64,000 nucleotides of DNA, from contig JAKALB010000003.1 in assembly GCA_021813365.1 (NCBI GenBank), forward strand, positions 360 to 64,359. The letters run 5' to 3'. Source of the stretch: Pseudomonadota bacterium (lineage in GTDB: Bacteria; Pseudomonadota; Alphaproteobacteria; Rhodobacterales; Rhodobacteraceae). The stretch's first letter is position 1; every line of letters starts with the position of its first letter. The notes under the pieces are model-generated. The model saw nothing but the letters and a program-made list of their open reading frames with translations. It did not search any database and was not told the origin of the DNA. The translations under genes and the position numbers were made by a program. Below, in pieces: positions 28,987 through 37,389 of the stretch.

Positions 28987-29496
28987 TCAGGCGGCGCGGC
29001 TGACCAGGACGGCGTCCACGGTCTTTTGCGCGCCGGCCTCGTCCACGCCCGAGACGGCAGCCACTTCCCTGGTCAGACGCTCCAGCGCGGCTTCGTAAAG
29101 CTGGCGTTCGGAATAGGACTGTTCGCGCTGATCATCGGCGCGGTGCAGGTCGCGCACCACCTCGGCAATCGCCATAAGATCGCCCGAGTTGATCTTCTGT
29201 TCATATTCCTGCGCCCGGCGCGACCACATGGCGCGCTTGACCCGGGCCTTGCCCTTCAGGGTATCCAGCGCCTTCGACACGACATCGGGCGCCGAGAGGG
29301 CGCGCATGCCCACTTCGGTCGCCTTGTGCGTCGGAACGCGCAGCGTCATCTTGTCCTTCTCGAACGAGATCACGAACAGTTCGAGATGGATGCCCGCGAT
29401 CTCCTGCTCTTCGATCGAGACGATTCTGCCCACGCCATGTGCGGGATAGACAACGAACTCGTTCGGACGGAAATCGGGCTTCTTGGATTTGGTCAT
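28987..29496 (-). CDS. carD: CarD family transcription factor
   Basis: [45 protein letters not shown]. Confidence 0.96.
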   Translation of the reverse strand: MTKSKKPDFRPNEFVVYPAHGVGRIVSIEEQEIAGIHLELFVISFEKDKMTLRVPTHKATEVGMRALSAPDVVSKALDTLKGKARVKRAMWSRRAQEYEQKINSGDLMAIAEVVRDLHRADDQREQSYSERQLYEAALERLTREVAAVSGVDEAGAQKTVDAVLVSRAA

Positions 29497-29647
29497 GCGG
29501 TCACTTCCTCGATAGGCCCCGTTTCACACGAAAACCCCCCGCCGCGCGCCGAAGCCGCGCCGATCCGAGGTGGTTTTTCGTCAAAAACCCGGTCCCAGGC
29601 AAACAGCACTGGGGTCGGGGGTGCAGGACCGAATGGATTGTGACGGG

Positions 29648-29676
29648 TGTATAACACAGAATCAGGCCGATTCCAA
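29648..29676 (-). promoter_or_regulatory. Putative sigma70 promoter of carD (TTGGAA-N17-TATACA, extended -10 TG)
   Basis: Minus strand ttggaa tcggcctgattctgtgt tataca, about 150 nt upstream of the carD start. Confidence 0.5.
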
Positions 29677-29789
29677 CCTGCCCGGGGGGCGGGAATCAGG
29701 CTGGTTGGCCGGATTTGATCATCAATTGCAGCCCATCGCGCGCAAATGCCGCATCGGGACGAATCAGCGCCGGCAAGCAACCGCGCCGA

Positions 29790-30128
29790 TCAACCGCCGG
29801 GGCCGGCCGCTTCCGAGAAATACTTCTTCAGCTTGTCCTTTTCGCCATCCCGGGCCTCGGCATCGGGCAGCATGTCCTTCTTGGTCACGATGACCGGCCA
29901 CAGCTCGGCATATTTGCGGTTGAACGTGACCCAGCTTTCCATGTCGGGCTCGGTGTCCGGACGGATCGCATCGGCCGGGCATTCCGGTTCGCAGACGCCG
30001 CAATCGATGCATTCATCCGGATGGATGACCAGCATGTTTTCGCCTTCGTAGAAACAGTCCACCGGACAGACTTCGACGCAGTCGGTGTATTTGCAGGCGA
30101 TGCAGTTTTCGGTGACCACATAGGTCAT
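29790..30128 (-). CDS. fdxA: 7Fe ferredoxin FdxA
   Basis: [19 protein letters not shown] and [12 protein letters not shown] cluster motifs. Confidence 0.96.
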   Translation of the reverse strand: MTYVVTENCIACKYTDCVEVCPVDCFYEGENMLVIHPDECIDCGVCEPECPADAIRPDTEPDMESWVTFNRKYAELWPVIVTKKDMLPDAEARDGEKDKLKKYFSEAAGPGG

Positions 30129-30179
30129 GGCGGGACCCGTTCGTTTACTTGCGCCGCCTGCCTAATTCAGCGGGGCGCA

Positions 30180-30536
30180 TCATTCAAGGGCAGAGCCGCC
30201 CCTGTCGGCAGATGTTGGATCGCTGACAGCGGCATCAAGGTCCAGATAAAGCGCCCGCGCCTCTTCGACCGGGCCGCGGCGCCTGCCCAGTGCCAGGATG
30301 CGGATCACCCGCACCCGGCCTGCCTGCACGAAGGTTAGCACATCGCCCGCCCCCACGCCATGGCCGGGCTTCAGGCAGTGCTGGCCGTTCAGCCGCAGGT
30401 GGCCTGCGATCACGACCTCGGCTGCCGCATCACGGCTGCGGAAGAACCGGGCCTGGAACAGCCACTTGTCCAGCCGCAGCCTGGCCGCAGCGGGCTGGCC
30501 CGGTCTTGTCGATGACCTTGCCCCGTGGCCAGCCAA
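30180..30536 (-). CDS. S4-domain RNA-binding protein (Hsp15-like); start uncertain
   Basis: RLDKWLFQARFFRSR, G.L.LNG, KPGH.V..GDVL, RRGPVEEARALY. Confidence 0.88.
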   Translation of the reverse strand: MAGHGARSSTRPGQPAAARLRLDKWLFQARFFRSRDAAAEVVIAGHLRLNGQHCLKPGHGVGAGDVLTFVQAGRVRVIRILALGRRRGPVEEARALYLDLDAAVSDPTSADRGGSALE

Positions 30537-33521
30537 TCAGAGCTTGGACTTCAACGCCGCCAGCACCGCGAAGGGGCTGTCCGGGTCGATCGGCTTTTCC
30601 GGGCGCGGCGGGCGGGCCTCGAACGGCTTCTGCGGCCTGGCGCCCTCGTCCTTGCGGTCGAACTTGCCGCCAGACTTTCCGCCGGGCTTGCCACCGTGCT
30701 TGCCGCCGTGCTTGCCACCGCCTTTCGCGGCGTGGCCACGATCGCGCTTGCCATCGGGGCCGCGGTCGGCGCGCGCCTCCCTGTCGGGCTGCGCGACCTC
30801 GGCCGGTGCGGCGCCATCGGCGGCAGGCGCGGCATCGGCCCTGGGGCGGTTGTCCTGCGGTTCGCGACGGCGGCCTTCGCCCTGACCGGCGGGCCGGCCT
30901 TCTGGCCGGCGGTTCTGCGGGCGTTCCGCCCGGGCCGGGCGAGGACGGGGTCTGGGCATCCAGGTGAAGGTGTAGAACACTTCCATTTCAGGGGCTTCGC
31001 CCTGCGAAGAGGTCTCGCTCGCCGGCGCGGCGGCCTCCGGCGCGGGCGCGATCAGCGAGACTTCTTCCGGGATCGGATTCTGGCTGGCGGTCGGATCCGC
31101 CGCCGGGGCAGGAACCGGCTCTGGCGCGGCCTTGACCTTGGGCCGCTCGCCCTTTTCGCCATGATAGCCCAGACCGGCCATCAGATCGACGAACTGGTCC
31201 AGTGTCATGCCGGTGATCGACAGCATTTCGGGCGTAGCCTCGAATCCGGCGCGGCTGTCCTTGGTGCGCACGATGTCGGCCAGACGTTCCAGCATGTCGA
31301 TGCGGATCGCGCGGGCCCCGGCCGGGTGATAGCCTCCCAGCGTATAGTGCAGGCGCGGCACTTCCGGCAGATTCGGAATCGTCACCAGGCCGGGCGGCGG
31401 CGCTTCGGGGAAATCCTGCTGATCGTTCCACAGCGACCACAGCACCAGCCGCAGCCGGGTGGGCGCGGGCTTCAGTAGCATCGGCATGAAGACGGTGAAC
31501 TGGCCGAAGCGCACGCCATGCCGGCGCAGCGCACTGCGGGCCTCCTGGTCCAGTTCCTTCACCTCGTTTGCAACACTGTCGCGCGGAATCACGCCCAGGT
31601 TTTCCACCAGGCGGAAGGCAAAGCCGCGCGCGAGGCCGGTCAGCGTTTCATCCCGGCTCATCGCGGCCAGGGGCTCGAATTGGGCAGCCACCTTGCGGTC
31701 GATGAAATGCTGCAGGCGCCGGCGCACCTTGTCCAGCACCTCGGGCCCGGCCTCGTCGTCGACGAAGGGCTCGACACCGGGACGCAGCGGCTCGGCGCCC
31801 TTGACCAGCTTGCCCACGGCCGCGCTGCCCCACATCAGGCCGCCCTGAGTGGTGAAATCCATCTCGGTGTCGGGCGCATTGTAGAACCGGTCCGCCCGCA
31901 GATGGAATTCCGGCTTCAGCGCCGCGACGGCCGCCTGGGCAAGGGTGCGTGCCTCATCCGCGGACCCGGATGCGTCCTGCCGGAAACGGAAGCCTTCCAG
32001 CCTGCCCACGAATTCGCCTTCGACCGTCACTTCGCCCTTGTCATTCACCTCGGCCACGAGGGTCTCCTTCTGCTTCAACCGCCGCAGCAGCACAGAGGTG
32101 CGGCGGTCGACAAACCGTTGAGTCAGCGCAGCATGCAGCGCATCCGACAGGCGGTCTTCTACAGCGCGTGTTTCCTCGCGCCAATGGGTTTCGTCCTCGA
32201 CCCAGCCCTTGCGCTGCGCCACATAGGTCCAGGTGCGAATATAGGCCAGACGTTTCGAGAGCGTGTCAATGTCGCCGCCGGGCCGATCCAGCCGCTCGAT
32301 GACGGTTTTCATCCAGTCCGATGGCACTTTTCCGCCGCCCAGACCGCGCCCGACCAGGAAATCGAAGATCCGCGCCAGAAGCGTGACATGGTCGGCCTGC
32401 GAGGTGCCGCGGAAATCGGGGATGCGCGCCACATCCCACAACAGCTGCACACGCCTGGGGCCGTTGACCTTGTCGCGCACATCGGCCAGTTCCAGCAGGG
32501 CCTTCAGCGACAGAAGGTCGTCGGCCTCTCGCGCCCGGGTCAGCCATTCGTGGGTCGTCGGAGCCTCGAGTCTGCGGATCAGCAGGTCGGCGCTGGTGAA
32601 ATCCAGGTCGTGGTTGCGCCATTGCAGCTTGCGGACCGGGGGAAAGCGGTGGCCTTCGATCGCCTCGACGGTTTCCTTGTCGAAAGGCCGCGCCTCGCCG
32701 GTGACGCCGAAGGTGCCGTTTTCGGTATGCCGACCGGCGCGGCCCGCGATCTGGGCCAGTTCCTGCGGCAGAAGCCCACGCATCCGGCGGCCGTCGAACT
32801 TGGCCGTGGCCGAAAAGGCAACATGGGTGATGTCCAGATTCAGCCCCATGCCGATGGCGTCGGTCGCCACCAGGTAATCGACATCGCCATTCTGATACAT
32901 CGCCACCTGGGCATTGCGGGTCCGCGGGCTGAGCGCCCCCATGACCACGGCGCAGCCACCCTTCGTCCGCCGGATCAACTCGGCGATGGCATAGACATTT
33001 TCAACACTGAACCCGACGATGGCACTTCGCGCGGGCATCCGGCTTATCTTTTTCGAACCAGTGTAGGTCAGAGTCGAAAACCGCTCGCGCTTCAGGAAGG
33101 TCACGCCGGGCACCAGGTGGGCGATGACCTGGCGCATGGTTTCGGCGCCGAGGAACATCGTCTCAAGCAAGCCCCGCGCCCGCAGCAGGCGGTCGGTGAA
33201 GACATGGCCGCGGTCGGGATCGGCACAGAGCTGGATCTCGTCCACCGCCACGAAATCGGCGGCGATGTCCAGCGGCATGGCCTCGGTCGTGCAGACCCAG
33301 TACTGGGTGCGCTCTGGCACGATCCGCTCTTCCCCGGTGATCAGCGCCACGCGCGAGGGGCCGATCCGGGCCACGATCCGGTCATAGACCTCGCGCGCCA
33401 GCAGACGCAGCGGCAGGCCGATCACCCCGGTGCGATGGGTCAGCATCCGCTCGGTGGCGAAATGGGTCTTGCCGGTGTTCGTCGGCCCCAGGACCGCCGT
33501 CACCCTTGCCTCAACCAACAT
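30537..33521 (-). CDS. SUV3-like superfamily 2 helicase with disordered C-terminal tail
   Basis: GPTNTGKT (motif I), PLRLLAREVY, DEIQ (motif II), ATDAIGMGLN, QIAGRAGR (motif VI). Confidence 0.92.
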   Translation of the reverse strand: MLVEARVTAVLGPTNTGKTHFATERMLTHRTGVIGLPLRLLAREVYDRIVARIGPSRVALITGEERIVPERTQYWVCTTEAMPLDIAADFVAVDEIQLCADPDRGHVFTDRLLRARGLLETMFLGAETMRQVIAHLVPGVTFLKRERFSTLTYTGSKKISRMPARSAIVGFSVENVYAIAELIRRTKGGCAVVMGALSPRTRNAQVAMYQNGDVDYLVATDAIGMGLNLDITHVAFSATAKFDGRRMRGLLPQELAQIAGRAGRHTENGTFGVTGEARPFDKETVEAIEGHRFPPVRKLQWRNHDLDFTSADLLIRRLEAPTTHEWLTRAREADDLLSLKALLELADVRDKVNGPRRVQLLWDVARIPDFRGTSQADHVTLLARIFDFLVGRGLGGGKVPSDWMKTVIERLDRPGGDIDTLSKRLAYIRTWTYVAQRKGWVEDETHWREETRAVEDRLSDALHAALTQRFVDRRTSVLLRRLKQKETLVAEVNDKGEVTVEGEFVGRLEGFRFRQDASGSADEARTLAQAAVAALKPEFHLRADRFYNAPDTEMDFTTQGGLMWGSAAVGKLVKGAEPLRPGVEPFVDDEAGPEVLDKVRRRLQHFIDRKVAAQFEPLAAMSRDETLTGLARGFAFRLVENLGVIPRDSVANEVKELDQEARSALRRHGVRFGQFTVFMPMLLKPAPTRLRLVLWSLWNDQQDFPEAPPPGLVTIPNLPEVPRLHYTLGGYHPAGARAIRIDMLERLADIVRTKDSRAGFEATPEMLSITGMTLDQFVDLMAGLGYHGEKGERPKVKAAPEPVPAPAADPTASQNPIPEEVSLIAPAPEAAAPASETSSQGEAPEMEVFYTFTWMPRPRPRPARAERPQNRRPEGRPAGQGEGRRREPQDNRPRADAAPAADGAAPAEVAQPDREARADRGPDGKRDRGHAAKGGGKHGGKHGGKPGGKSGGKFDRKDEGARPQKPFEARPPRPEKPIDPDSPFAVLAALKSKL

Positions 33522-33524
33522 CGA

Positions 33525-34076
33525 TTACAGATCCTGCCCCCTGGCCGCGCCAAGCCGTTTCACGGCCTGCCTTACATCGGCCATGTGCGGATTGATAGCC
33601 AGCGCTGCCTGATAGACTTCCAGCGCCTTGTCGGGCTCGTCGAGTTCTTCAAAGATCATGCCCAGGCCCGCCAGCGCACCGAAGTGTCGCGGGTTCAGCG
33701 CCAGCACATGCTGGATGTCGTTGATCGAGGGGCCCAGATCGCCGGTGTTGAAATAGGCGGTCGCGCGGGCGTTCCAGGCCTCGGCGAAATCCGGCGCATG
33801 GTCGATGACCGCGGTGAAATGGCCGATGGCGGTCTGGTAATCGCCGGCGGCCATCGCCTCTTCACCCCGTTGCAGCAGCAGGTCCATCGCGGGCGAACCC
33901 GATTTCGCCCATTCCTGCCAGATCTGTTGCGTCACGGCCTCGGCCCCGGCATCGTCGGTGGCCTGCAACTGGGCAAAAAGATCGTCCAGTCTTGCGTCAT
34001 CGGCCAGGGCGGGCGCGGCCAGCAGCAACAGAAATGCCGCAACGACGGGATTGAGAAGGGCGCGCAGGGCTTTCAT
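33525..34076 (-). CDS. Exported tetratricopeptide-repeat protein
   Basis: Signal peptide; PDFAEAWNARAT, LNPRHFGALAGLG TPR motifs. Confidence 0.88.
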   Translation of the reverse strand: MKALRALLNPVVAAFLLLLAAPALADDARLDDLFAQLQATDDAGAEAVTQQIWQEWAKSGSPAMDLLLQRGEEAMAAGDYQTAIGHFTAVIDHAPDFAEAWNARATAYFNTGDLGPSINDIQHVLALNPRHFGALAGLGMIFEELDEPDKALEVYQAALAINPHMADVRQAVKRLGAARGQDL

Positions 34077-34138
34077 AAGGGAAAGGTAATGAAACGGCGA
34101 GGCAAGTCCAGCGCCGGATGATCACGAAGGAGAGACGT

Positions 34139-34444
34139 GTGGCATCGGTGATCGAGGAGGCCGTGGCGCGGCTGGCGGCCAGGGTCGTGGATGCGGGCGC
34201 GCTGCCGGGGGTGGTGAAGTTCGTGCTGCCGGGCGAAGGCGCGATCATGCTGGACGCGCAGGGCGTGCGCTTGGCCGACGAGGCGGCAGATGAGGCGGCG
34301 GATGTGACGCTGACCGCCGAGACCCATGTGTTCCAGGCGATGCTGGAAGGCGGCCTGTCGCCGATGTCGGCCTTCATGTCGGGCAAGCTGAAAGTGGAGG
34401 GCCAGGTCGGGCTGGCGATGAAGCTGGGACAGATCCTGGGATGA
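34139..34444 (+). CDS. SCP2 sterol/lipid-binding domain protein
   Basis: ADVTLTA...PMSAFMSGKLKVEG.V.LAMKL; GTG start after GGAG. Confidence 0.88.
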   Translation: MASVIEEAVARLAARVVDAGALPGVVKFVLPGEGAIMLDAQGVRLADEAADEAADVTLTAETHVFQAMLEGGLSPMSAFMSGKLKVEGQVGLAMKLGQILG

Positions 34445-35367
34445 CGGCGCCGCTGTTCCAGGCACTGGCCCGGGGGCCCGGGGACGGCTTTGCCGAATGG
34501 GTCAAGGCCGAGGATGGCCGGCGTCTGCGGGTGGCGGCATTCGGTCTGGACGCCCCGCTTGGGACGGTGGTGCTGCTGCCCGGCCGGACGGAATATGTCG
34601 AGAAATACGGGCGCACCGCCGTCGATCTACTGACGCGCGGTTTTGCTACAGCGACCCTCGATTTCCGCGGCCAGGGCCTGGCGGAACGGGCGCTTGCCGA
34701 TCCCCTGCCCGGCCATGTGGACGATTTCGCCGAATTCCAGCGCGATGTGAGGGCCTTGGTGGGCTTTGCCAGGGCGCGGGGATTGCCCGAACCGTTCTAT
34801 CTGCTGGCGCATTCGATGGGCGGCTGCATCGGGCTGCGAACGCTGCTGGGGCCGCATCCGTTCCGGGCCGTGGCGTTTTCGGCACCGATGTGGGGCATCA
34901 AACTCCCCGCCTGGCAGCGGCCGCTGATCCTGCCCGGCGCGCGTCTGGCCTGTGCCCTGGGGCTGGGGCTGCGTTATGCGCCGGGGACCGGGCCGGCCAG
35001 CTATGTCCTGGAGGCGGCTTTCGAGGACAACACGCTGACCCGGGACCGAGAGATGTGGGACACCATGGGCGATCACCTGCGGGCCCAGCCCGGCCTGGCC
35101 CTGGGCGGGCCGACGATCGGCTGGCTGCGGGCGGCGCTGATCGAATGCGCCGACCTGAGGCGGCTGCCCTCGCCCGATCTGGCTGCGCTGGTGGGGCTGG
35201 GCAGCCATGAGCGGATCGTCGATCCGCGGCCGATCCATGCCCGGATGAAAACCTGGGTGCGCGGACGGCTGGACCTTTACCCTGGCGGAGAACACGAAGT
35301 CCTGATGGATCGGGAGCGGGGCCAGTTCCTGGACGAGACCTGCCGGCTGTTCACCGCAAACCGCTGA
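34441..35367 (+). CDS. Alpha/beta hydrolase, lysophospholipase L2 (PldB)-like
   Basis: PGRTEYVEKY, DFRGQG, AHSMGG nucleophile, APMWG, HEVLM. Confidence 0.88.
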   Translation: MTAPLFQALARGPGDGFAEWVKAEDGRRLRVAAFGLDAPLGTVVLLPGRTEYVEKYGRTAVDLLTRGFATATLDFRGQGLAERALADPLPGHVDDFAEFQRDVRALVGFARARGLPEPFYLLAHSMGGCIGLRTLLGPHPFRAVAFSAPMWGIKLPAWQRPLILPGARLACALGLGLRYAPGTGPASYVLEAAFEDNTLTRDREMWDTMGDHLRAQPGLALGGPTIGWLRAALIECADLRRLPSPDLAALVGLGSHERIVDPRPIHARMKTWVRGRLDLYPGGEHEVLMDRERGQFLDETCRLFTANR

Positions 35368-35544
35368 CCCGCCGCATCCTGGCCGAATTGCTCCGGCGGG
35401 CCGACGGCCGAGGGCCGGGGGCGATCAGCCCGCGGCCCGGCACCCCGACCGTCGCTGCGTTGCCCGGCAGGCTTCCGGCCCGGTATCGGGCAGCCCGAGC
35501 AGAACCGGATTCCCGTTTCCGTGCGCAGCGGATAGGATCGCGGG

Positions 35545-36498
35545 ATGGCTGACCCGGTCCTGATCCAGACCCGCGAGGGGCTTTACTGCCCGGCTGGGGA
35601 TTTCCACATCGATCCGACGCGCCGCGTGCCGCGCGCGCTGATCACGCACGGCCATTCCGACCATGCCGCACCGGGAATGGGTGCCTACCTCGCCACACCC
35701 CAGGCGCTGCCGGTGCTACGTCACCGGCTGGGCCGCATCCAGGCCGAGGGGCTCGCCTATGGCGCGACGCGGCGGATCGGCGGGGTGACGGTCAGCTTTC
35801 ACCCGGCGGGCCATGTTCCGGGTTCAGCGCAGATCCGGGTCGAACGGGCGGGCGAGGTCTGGGTGGTTTCGGGCGACTACAAGCTGGCCAGAGACGGGCT
35901 GTGCGAAGCCTTCGAGCCAGTGCCCTGCCACACCTTCATCAGCGAATGCACCTTTGGCCTGCCGATCTTCCGGTGGCAGAGCGAAGATCAGGTGCTGGAA
36001 GACATGGCCGCCTGGTGGAGGGCCAATGCCGATGAGGGCCACGCCTCGGTCATCCTGGCCTATTCCTTCGGCAAGGCCCAAAGGCTGATGGCCGGGCTCG
36101 GCCAGCAGGGGCCGATCTGCTGCCACCCGGTGGTCGACCAGGTGACGGCGATCCTGCGTGGCCAGGGCTATCCGCTGCCAGCCACCCAAAGGCTGGAGGC
36201 CGGGCAATCCCCGCCGCAGGGTGCGCTGATCATCGCCCCGCCGAATGCGCCGGCCACGGCCTGGGGGCTGGGGCTGGGGCCGCACCGGATTGCCACCGCA
36301 TCGGGATGGATGGCGCTGGCGGCGCGACGCAGGGGCGCAGGGCGCGCCTTCGTCCTTTCGGACCATGCCGACTGGCCCGGGCTGAACCTCGCGGTCCGGG
36401 CCACCGGGGCCGAACATGTGATCGCCACCCACGGCCATACCCAGGCCTTCGCCGCCCATTGGGCCGCCCAGGGCCTGCGGGCCGGTGAACTGGCATGA
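35545..36498 (+). CDS. Ligase-associated DNA damage response exonuclease (metallo-beta-lactamase fold)
   Basis: THGHSDHA, AGHVPGS, SGDYK, SECTFGLP, AYSFGKAQR, LSDHADW. Confidence 0.88.
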   Translation: MADPVLIQTREGLYCPAGDFHIDPTRRVPRALITHGHSDHAAPGMGAYLATPQALPVLRHRLGRIQAEGLAYGATRRIGGVTVSFHPAGHVPGSAQIRVERAGEVWVVSGDYKLARDGLCEAFEPVPCHTFISECTFGLPIFRWQSEDQVLEDMAAWWRANADEGHASVILAYSFGKAQRLMAGLGQQGPICCHPVVDQVTAILRGQGYPLPATQRLEAGQSPPQGALIIAPPNAPATAWGLGLGPHRIATASGWMALAARRRGAGRAFVLSDHADWPGLNLAVRATGAEHVIATHGHTQAFAAHWAAQGLRAGELA

Positions 36499-37289
36499 TC
36501 CGCTTTGCGGCACTGATCGCCCAGGGTGCGCCCGATGCCCGTTTGCTGGACCGGCACCCCCAGGCCGAACTCGCCCGGCGCCTGCTCACAGGCTCGCGCC
36601 CGAAACGGCTGGCGTCCGCGGATGTGCTGATGTCCTGGGCCGCCGCGGCGACCGGCACCCCGGCCCCCCTGCTCGCCGCCTGCCTGCAGGCCAGCGGCGA
36701 CAGGGCCGAAGTCGCAGCCCTGCTGCTGCCGGCGCCTCATGGCCCGCCGCCCGGTCTGGACGAGGTGCTGACGGCGCTGGAGCGCGCCGCCGCCCTGCCC
36801 GAGGCCGAACGTCGCGCCCTGTGGCTGAACCTGGCCCTTCGCCTGCCGCCCCAGGCGCGGCTGGTGCTGAACCGCCTGGCCGCCGGCACGTTCCGCCTGA
36901 TGCTGAAACCCGATGCCGCAGCGCAAGGCGGCCCCCGCACCTGCCGCGCCATTCTGGTGATGATCGCACCACAGGGGCCCGAAGCCAGCCTCGCCCTGCG
37001 CCACGGCAACGGCCTGGTGCCGATCGCGAAATGCCCGCTGACCCTGGCCGAGACTCCCGAAATCCTTACCTGGGCGCGGGCCCATGTCACCGATCGCTTC
37101 GGCCCCAACCTGGCGGTCCGGCCCGATCTGGTCTTCACCCTGGCCTGCGACGGCACCAGACCCAACGCCCGCCGCAAATCCGGCCTCGACCTGGCCAACC
37201 CCCGGCTTCTGCACTGGGACCGCGCCGCCAGCCCCGATCAGGCAACGACCCTCGAAGGCTTCCGCTCTGCCGGTTTCATCTGTTCCTAA
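36495..37289 (+). CDS. Internally deleted ATP-dependent DNA ligase homologue (N-terminal + OB domains, no adenylation domain)
   Basis: TGSRPKR, GD.AE, NRLAAGTFR (ligase N-domain) joined directly to RAILV, LVPIAK, DRFGP..VRPDLVF, RRKSG..L.NPR (OB domain); no KxDG; ATGA overlap with exonuclease. Confidence 0.7.
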   Translation: MIRFAALIAQGAPDARLLDRHPQAELARRLLTGSRPKRLASADVLMSWAAAATGTPAPLLAACLQASGDRAEVAALLLPAPHGPPPGLDEVLTALERAAALPEAERRALWLNLALRLPPQARLVLNRLAAGTFRLMLKPDAAAQGGPRTCRAILVMIAPQGPEASLALRHGNGLVPIAKCPLTLAETPEILTWARAHVTDRFGPNLAVRPDLVFTLACDGTRPNARRKSGLDLANPRLLHWDRAASPDQATTLEGFRSAGFICS

Positions 37290-37318
37290 ATATCCCGGGG
37301 TCCGGGGCAGAGCCCCGG
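37275..37318. repeat. Solo REP/MITE-like copy overlapping the ligase-homologue stop codon
   Basis: ttcatctgttccTAAatatcccggggtccggggcagagcccc; right arm nearly identical to 4958-4985. Confidence 0.75.
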
Positions 37319-37389
37319 CTCTATCCACCCCGCCTTCCGGTCGGCCGCTTTTCCCCCTACATAGGGCCAAACACCAAAGGATTCCGCCC

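Noticed and set aside
35368-35544. Alphaproteobacterial LexA box (GTTC-N7-GTTC) before the exonuclease/ligase operon
   Set aside because: Only a single GAAC half-site without a correctly spaced partner
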